From positions 1 to 31,754 of the forward strand of contig JANOAV010000113.1 of assembly GCA_031411295.1 (NCBI GenBank): a DNA stretch of 31,754 nucleotides, read 5' to 3'. Made by a program: the position numbers and the translations under genes. Positions within the stretch are counted from its first letter, which is position 1. Every line of letters begins with the position of its first letter. Source of the stretch: Verrucomicrobiales bacterium (GTDB lineage: Bacteria; Verrucomicrobiota; Verrucomicrobiia; Verrucomicrobiales; V1-33). This document shows, piece after piece, positions 26,157 to 31,754 of the stretch. Under the pieces are notes generated by a model that saw nothing but the letters and a program-made list of their open reading frames with translations, did no database searches and had not been told where the DNA came from.

Positions 26157-27122
26157 ATGATTCCTGATGCTTTGCCACCTGCACCCCAGGATCCTCTGCG
26201 CCCGCCCTCGTGGTTGCGTGGTGGGTTGCGGCAAACTGTGATTTCCCGGCAACCAGTCAACGTGGAACCACCGCTGGCCGAGATCCAGGAACAGTTCCCC
26301 CATTTGAGGATTACTTCCATGCTCGGGCGTGGCGGCATGGGGGTGGTGTATTTGGCGGAGGACCTCAGTGTGGGCCGTCCCGTGGCGTTGAAGGTGCTGG
26401 CGCATGACCATCAGGAGAGTGAGGAATCAGCCGCCCGCTTCGCGCAGGAGGCCGCAGCCCTTAAGCGCTTGAATTATGAACACATCGTGCGCTTGGTGCA
26501 GGCTGGCACCACTCCTGCGGGTTGGCCCTATTTGATTATGGAATATGTGCCCGGGGAAGATCTGGGGGCACGCTTGCAGGCGACGAGGACGCTGCCAGCG
26601 CCCTTGGCCTTGAGGATCGCTTATGAGACTGCACTGGCGCTGGCTTACGCGCACCAGGCTGGGGTAATTCATCGGGATATCAAGCCCAGTAACATCCTGC
26701 TAACGGAAGCGGGGAGCGTAAAAGTGGCGGATTTCGGTTTGGCCAGTCTGGAGAATGAAGCTGGCCTCTCGGGCCTGACGCAAGGATTCCATTTGATGGG
26801 AAGCCAGGATTATCAAGCGCCCGAAGCCTTGTTGGTGGGAGCAGAGGTGGATGGTCGGGCGGACCTGTATGCGGTGGGGGTGATGCTCTACCACATGCTC
26901 ATGGGGCAGGTTCCCCGGGGTATTTTCCCCCTGCCGTCCAAAGCAAATCCGCAACTCGATCCCCGGATTGATTTGCTGATGACCAATCTGCTCCAGCAAA
27001 ACCCCTACGAACGCACCGCCAGTGCGGCGGATCTAAGCGTCGCTCTGAAGGAAATCATCAGTGGGACTCCAGTCGTAGCCGCCGCGCCCGCTCCCCGCCG
27101 CAGATGGTGGTCGAGATCGTGA
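26157..27122 (+). CDS. Hanks-type Ser/Thr protein kinase, soluble
   Basis: LGRGGMGVVY, VALK, IHRDIKPSN, ADFGLA, YQAPE, DLYAVG; no TM or sensor domain. Start placed at MIPDAL. Confidence 0.95.
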   Translation: MIPDALPPAPQDPLRPPSWLRGGLRQTVISRQPVNVEPPLAEIQEQFPHLRITSMLGRGGMGVVYLAEDLSVGRPVALKVLAHDHQESEESAARFAQEAAALKRLNYEHIVRLVQAGTTPAGWPYLIMEYVPGEDLGARLQATRTLPAPLALRIAYETALALAYAHQAGVIHRDIKPSNILLTEAGSVKVADFGLASLENEAGLSGLTQGFHLMGSQDYQAPEALLVGAEVDGRADLYAVGVMLYHMLMGQVPRGIFPLPSKANPQLDPRIDLLMTNLLQQNPYERTASAADLSVALKEIISGTPVVAAAPAPRRRWWSRS

Positions 27123-27131
27123 GTTCGTCAA

Positions 27132-27719
27132 CTACGGTGCCACCTTGCTGGCCAAAGGCTCGACCACTGGCGTGGGCACAGATCTCGGGCTCAATGGTTG
27201 CAGCATTGGCACCACGCCCACATACTCCGCCGTGGTGGCCTGGAGGGCCAGCCAGTCTCCCAGGTCCGGCAGCCGCCGCAGGGAATAAACCTTGGTCGTC
27301 TCTATCTTCTGCTGCTTGATGTTGTAAATCATCACTTCTCCCTGTCCGCGGGATTTAGCCCGCCGGGGCACGACCACGGCAATGAGGTTTTTCCCCTGCG
27401 CCAAGCGCTGCTTCAAGGCGGCCGCATCCAAGGCTGCGACGTATCTGCGCCCAGCCGCCTCCGCCGCATTGATCTCGGCAGGCGTCGCTTCCATGGCGTC
27501 CACCAGCATGGAAACGCCACCGCCGAGAGCCGCGGTCGTGATCCCGCCAGCCACGCTGGAAGCGGCACTAGCATAGTTACTGTAGAGCACCACCGTGCCA
27601 GCTGCTCCTCCAGATCCGACGATGAGGGCGGACTTTTCCCAGACGCTGAAACGGGCACAGCCCACCATCAGCAATGGCAGCAGCAGACAAGTAAGACGGG
27701 GAAGCAGGGATGGTGGCAT
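27132..27719 (-). CDS. Lipoprotein with glycine-zipper-like segment
   Basis: Lipobox MVGC; GxxxG-rich hydrophobic stretch. Confidence 0.65.
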   Translation of the reverse strand: MPPSLLPRLTCLLLPLLMVGCARFSVWEKSALIVGSGGAAGTVVLYSNYASAASSVAGGITTAALGGGVSMLVDAMEATPAEINAAEAAGRRYVAALDAAALKQRLAQGKNLIAVVVPRRAKSRGQGEVMIYNIKQQKIETTKVYSLRRLPDLGDWLALQATTAEYVGVVPMLQPLSPRSVPTPVVEPLASKVAP

Positions 27720-27754
27720 ATGGTGGGGTGCGGAAGGGGGTGAATTTTAAAGGG

Positions 27755-29659
27755 TTACGGTGGGTTTTGCTGCAGCCGGAGTTGGGCCTTCTTGTGGCCC
27801 GTGGCCGCAGCGAGCGTAAAATACTGTCGGGCCAGGACGGGATCGGGTTTGCCTTCAGCTGCGGAAACATCCGTGGTCAGCTTACTCAATCCCATTTCCG
27901 CGATCAAGCCAAGGTTGAAATTGCTTTCGGCATCGCCCTGCTCTGCGGCCTCCTGGAGCATGGTCAGCCCCTGGGAGACATCTTTACTCACTCCACCCAG
28001 CCCTCGAAGATACATCAGGGCCAGCGGGGCGTTGGCATCCAGGCAGCCTGAACCGGCCGCCGCATTCAACAGTTTTCTGGCTTCGGCAAAGTCTTGATTT
28101 ACCCCAGTGCCATCCTGATAGCAGATGCCCAAGCGATACAACGCTCTGGGATTGCCAGCGGCGGCGGCCTCTTTGAGCAAAGCCACGCCCCGGTTCAGGT
28201 CCTGCGGCACGCCCTTGTTTTCCAAGTAGCAGATGCCCAGCAAACATTGGCCCGGCGGATACTTTTGCTCCGCGGCCTTGCGGAAATATTCGGCCGCACT
28301 GATGAAGTTTGGACTGCCTGATTCCGGATTGGACAGCAGTTGACCGATCATAACATTGGCCGCCGGGTAGGCTTGATCCGCCAACTGGCGCAGATCCTCC
28401 AGCGCTGTCGTGGGACTGGTGCGCCAGCTTGCCACTGCGCTGAGCAAGCGTGCTTCAGGAAAATTCAACTCCTCGAAATCTTGCCAGCGCACATAGGAAG
28501 TGAGTGATTGATATTTGGCTAGGCTGATTTGGATTTCCACTTCGCGATGAAGGTAGTGCTGCGCCCATTGGCGCGCCTCGGGGTCGTCTGGCACCAGCTT
28601 CAGCAGACCCAGGGCGGCGGGCAGGATGCGCGGCCCTGTGGGTTCCTTTTCTGCAAGAGCTTCCTCCAGAAGTTGCCGTTGGCGGGCGATCTCTGCCCGA
28701 TCCATGGCCGGAATGACGAGCGGCGGCCCGGGCTCGGCTGTGGCTGCTGGAGGCTGGGCAGAGGCACCAGGGGCAGCCGTGGGCACGGCGGAAACGACGC
28801 TTGGCGCGGGCTCGCCACGCCAGCTGCGGCTGGCATAATAAAATACCATCGTGAGCAGGGCCGTTCCTAGCAGCGCTCGGATCCACCATCCGGGGCGACG
28901 GCCGCTGACGGGAGCGGCCACGACCTCCGTCATGGTGGGCCGCGCGCTGCGTTCCTGCTGGGCCAGCAACACCGCTTCGCCTTGTTGTAACCGTTGCTGC
29001 GCATTGGCGGTCTGGTCTGCTAGCGCGCGGGTCAATTCAATCGGCCAGGGGATGCCAGCAGCCAGTAGATTCAGCACCTTCTCGGTGTCACTCATCACTT
29101 GAGCCGCGTGTGGTTTAAGTTCTGCGTCCACCACCGGTAACCATCCGTGGGCCTTCAGCCGATAGGGATGACCTGACGGGCCAAGGTGCTCCACGGCCAT
29201 TAACTTTGCATCTAGTGATCGTGCCGGGGATGGTCCCCGCAGTAGCCGCAGGGCCATTTGCACGGCTTGCAGCATCAGCCCGAGGCGGATGCTGGAGGCA
29301 CTGCTGGTTTGTCGGCGGGGCTTCCACTTCGTGAGCGGTTCGGCATTCGCGGCGGCCGTCACATAGACCCACCGATTCCCCGCATCCCCCCACGCCAGCA
29401 ATTCCGCGAAATCCTCCCCGGCATGCGTCTCCGCGGCCTGTTGGAAATACGAATTCCAATCCGTGGCCGAAGCTTCCCCTACCGCCAGCACGTGCCACCA
29501 AGCCAAGCGTGCCGTGGTCAAGTGTTGCGCTGCAAAGATCGTTTCCCGGGCCGTTTCCAGCACCGGCACCGACCCCACTTCCCAGTCCTCATGCCAAGGC
29601 CGCTCCTGCGGCCCGTGACCGTGGGAGGAGCCATGAACGATGGCGGAAGGCTCGGACAT
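27755..29659 (-). CDS. Membrane protein: degenerate kinase-like N-domain, TM helix, Sel1-like repeats
   Basis: Sel1 repeats (AAEYFRKAAEQ, LGICYLENKGVPQD, LGICYQDGTGVNQD, AAEQGDAESNFNLG); TM segment WWIRALLGTALLTMVFYY. Confidence 0.82.
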   Translation of the reverse strand: MSEPSAIVHGSSHGHGPQERPWHEDWEVGSVPVLETARETIFAAQHLTTARLAWWHVLAVGEASATDWNSYFQQAAETHAGEDFAELLAWGDAGNRWVYVTAAANAEPLTKWKPRRQTSSASSIRLGLMLQAVQMALRLLRGPSPARSLDAKLMAVEHLGPSGHPYRLKAHGWLPVVDAELKPHAAQVMSDTEKVLNLLAAGIPWPIELTRALADQTANAQQRLQQGEAVLLAQQERSARPTMTEVVAAPVSGRRPGWWIRALLGTALLTMVFYYASRSWRGEPAPSVVSAVPTAAPGASAQPPAATAEPGPPLVIPAMDRAEIARQRQLLEEALAEKEPTGPRILPAALGLLKLVPDDPEARQWAQHYLHREVEIQISLAKYQSLTSYVRWQDFEELNFPEARLLSAVASWRTSPTTALEDLRQLADQAYPAANVMIGQLLSNPESGSPNFISAAEYFRKAAEQKYPPGQCLLGICYLENKGVPQDLNRGVALLKEAAAAGNPRALYRLGICYQDGTGVNQDFAEARKLLNAAAGSGCLDANAPLALMYLRGLGGVSKDVSQGLTMLQEAAEQGDAESNFNLGLIAEMGLSKLTTDVSAAEGKPDPVLARQYFTLAAATGHKKAQLRLQQNPP

Positions 29660-29671
29660 GCGCTGGGGAAA

Positions 29672-30385
29672 TTAGCGTCGCAAGCCTGCCGGGGCCTCAC
29701 GTTGCAGTCGATTTACCAACTCCGTCACCACTTCCTGCAAGCGCTCGTCTGCCCGCTTCGCCAATTGATCCGGATTCGCCTTGCTCCAACGCACCGTTTC
29801 CTCACCGCCGGCTCGCAGCGGAGGACAAGTCCAGAGCACCTTGCCAGTGGCTAAATCAAGGATCCTTACATCCGTTAGGATTACGCTGGTGACCACCTCG
29901 GTTTTTACTCCGGCGGTGGCGGCGGCGGCAATCAAGGCCCCCGGTAGATTTGCCAGAACGCTGCTAAAAATCACCGCGTTCTCCGGGATCTTCTTCCAGC
30001 GGCCGACCGCCGAGTAATCCCAGATCGTGCCCATCAGCAGGAAATCCGTCTGCGGGGTCCGATCGTCCGGTCCCAGCACATGGGAGAACATCCCCGTGCC
30101 CGCCAAGTCTCGTGCAATCATGCGAGAGATCGCCCCGGCGTATTCCTTGTTTCGGTAAACCTCCGGGGCATTCGTCTTCCAGTTTTCCCCGTCGGAGATC
30201 AGATTGATCGACGGATACTTTGGGGCGGCATCGGCAAATTTCACCACCCGCAAATTGCCGTCGAACTTGTGGGTGATCGTGCGACCTTCATTGCTGGGCT
30301 TGTAGCTAACGGTATGCCGACAACTGACCGACCCCATCACTAGGCCGACTAGCAGCAAGGCAGGAACTTTGAACATTTTACTCAT
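29672..30385 (-). CDS. Lipoprotein, function unknown
   Basis: Signal peptide with lipobox-like SVSC; alpha/beta domain with DFLLMGTI and LDLATGKVLW. Confidence 0.72.
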   Translation of the reverse strand: MSKMFKVPALLLVGLVMGSVSCRHTVSYKPSNEGRTITHKFDGNLRVVKFADAAPKYPSINLISDGENWKTNAPEVYRNKEYAGAISRMIARDLAGTGMFSHVLGPDDRTPQTDFLLMGTIWDYSAVGRWKKIPENAVIFSSVLANLPGALIAAAATAGVKTEVVTSVILTDVRILDLATGKVLWTCPPLRAGGEETVRWSKANPDQLAKRADERLQEVVTELVNRLQREAPAGLRR

Positions 30386-30482
30386 GACGGAATATTGAAT
30401 GCCAGCCCCTTTCTGTCTAGCTGTGATTTACCTCGCTCTGAGCGAAGGGAGGACGATGCAGGACCCTCCGCTGAAACTAATT

Positions 30483-30587
30483 TCAGGTCACTAACTTCAG
30501 TGCATCCCACAACTCCTTGCCGCGTTGTGGATTCGTCATGTGGATGTAGGAGATCATGCCACTGACCCAGGCGGAGAAATTTCGTGG
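30483..30587 (-). pseudogene. Possible relic of retron-type reverse transcriptase C-terminus
   Basis: Startless frame PRNFSAWVSGMISYIHMTNPQRGKELWDALKLVT*, resembling the F..W..GM.[AS]Y..M.NP..G..L ending of retron-like RTs as I recall it. Confidence 0.5.
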
Positions 30588-30636
30588 TCAGATGCAATCT
30601 AGGCAGCGATGCATAGACAAAGCTATTTCATCGTGT

Positions 30637-31707
30637 TCAAGATGCAGCAAGCACAGCACCAGGCTGCGGCGCATGAAACCCTTCTCCAATCACGCTTATC
30701 CGCCGCACTGATTGAGACTCTTGTTCACGCTCCCAGCCCAAAACCGAGAGAACGGCACCAGTTGCTCGCGCTGCCTCTACCGCCCGGCTTTCTTGATTCA
30801 ACATTACAATCAGTTTCAACGGTCTGCGATAGACGCGATGTAGGCGCATCGTGGTTTCCCACAAACGGCAAAGGTCTCGAAAACTCGTCTGATCGAGCTC
30901 GTGTGCGGGATCATCCATCACAATGCACGCGTTGAAAAACCTGCCCCGTGTGAGATACCGCGCAAAAAACCACGCAAGACCCAGCGTATGAATTTCGGCT
31001 TGGTTTAGGATGTATCTTGCGAGCCTACCTTTTACGCGAACCGTGGATGCCTGCTCGCCTCGTTGCGTAATAACATCAATCTGGAACGAATCGGGAAGAA
31101 GCCACGGTGCCGCAGTAAGGTTCAAAGCCAATTCACGCCATAATTTTCCGAGAGTTTGTGGCAAATGTTTATTCACAATCTCAGCCAAAGTCTGAGTTAG
31201 CTTTTCTTTTACTGGCTTCCAGTTGTTTGGTGCTTCGAATGTGTCGTCGGCGGCTCGAAAACGGTGGAGGATCTTATTCACAACGCTTTCCGCGCTGCTA
31301 TCAACATCCACGTCTAAAGGCACGGCCGGAATTTGGCGCAGGATTGAAATTGCCCTCAAAAGCATCTCACGTTGTGACTTTGTTCCTATCCAGTCAGACA
31401 AGTTTGTATCAGGTGGGATAAGCCACTGCAGAGACTCAGCGAGTTTTGACTGATCATCTGAGATCAAGGGGCATTGAGTCTGACCGAGTTCAGCCAGATG
31501 TTTCTGCGTTTGCTCAATCTGCTCTTTGATCTCACTGAATTCCCGCCTTAAACGATCACGCTCCCTTGAGGTTTTAATCCTTAATTCCTCGACGACATTC
31601 AAAATCCCTCCATGGGCGGCGTGGTCGGTCCCGCACGTTGGGCACTCTCCAGAATGGTCTTTTGACCATGTTTCCCGCACAAAAGCTTCGACTGTAGCCC
31701 AATGCCT
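30637..31707 (-). pseudogene. N-terminally truncated Rad50/SMC-like ABC ATPase
   Basis: CPTC zinc-hook motif, coiled coil, signature-like LNQAE, Walker B/D-loop IVMDDPAHELD. In-frame TAA at 31708-31710 and no Walker A; AT-richer than the backbone. Confidence 0.65.
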
Positions 31708-31754
31708 TTAAGGATTGGTGATGGTGATGGTTTTGACGAGCGGTTGGGAGCTGG

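Overview
GC-rich bacterial chromosome segment. Gene content and style suggest Verrucomicrobia/PVC: lpxC-fabZ fusion, GntR/LacI hybrid regulator, PVC-type ECF sigma plus Ser/Thr kinase, and starts without Shine-Dalgarno sites. The backbone is housekeeping: lpxC-fabZ/lpxA, tatD, sufE, lgt, sugar epimerase, M1 aminopeptidase, hybrid histidine kinase, rpsL-rpsG, bamD, lptE. The most striking part is an AT-richer minus-strand island at ~17950-20890 that looks like an integron cassette array with no integrase. It has two 63-bp attI-like sites and one attC-like site. Its cargo resembles a 'deconstructed DnaJ': a membrane-anchored J-domain (HPD) protein, three stand-alone CxxCxGxG zinc-finger microproteins, a zinc-ribbon microprotein and two other microproteins; five of these small ORFs are absent from the ORF track. 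Other accessory signals: a 20-codon tyrosine-recombinase (IntI-like) relic, REP/MITE-like repeats, a vapBC module, two FN3-domain genes (one preceded by a degenerate 21-nt tandem array), a beta-barrel plus monoheme cytochrome pair, a pseudokinase-Sel1 protein, and a truncated Rad50/SMC-like ATPase followed by a retron-RT-like C-terminal relic. All family calls are from motif recognition by eye; no searches were run.
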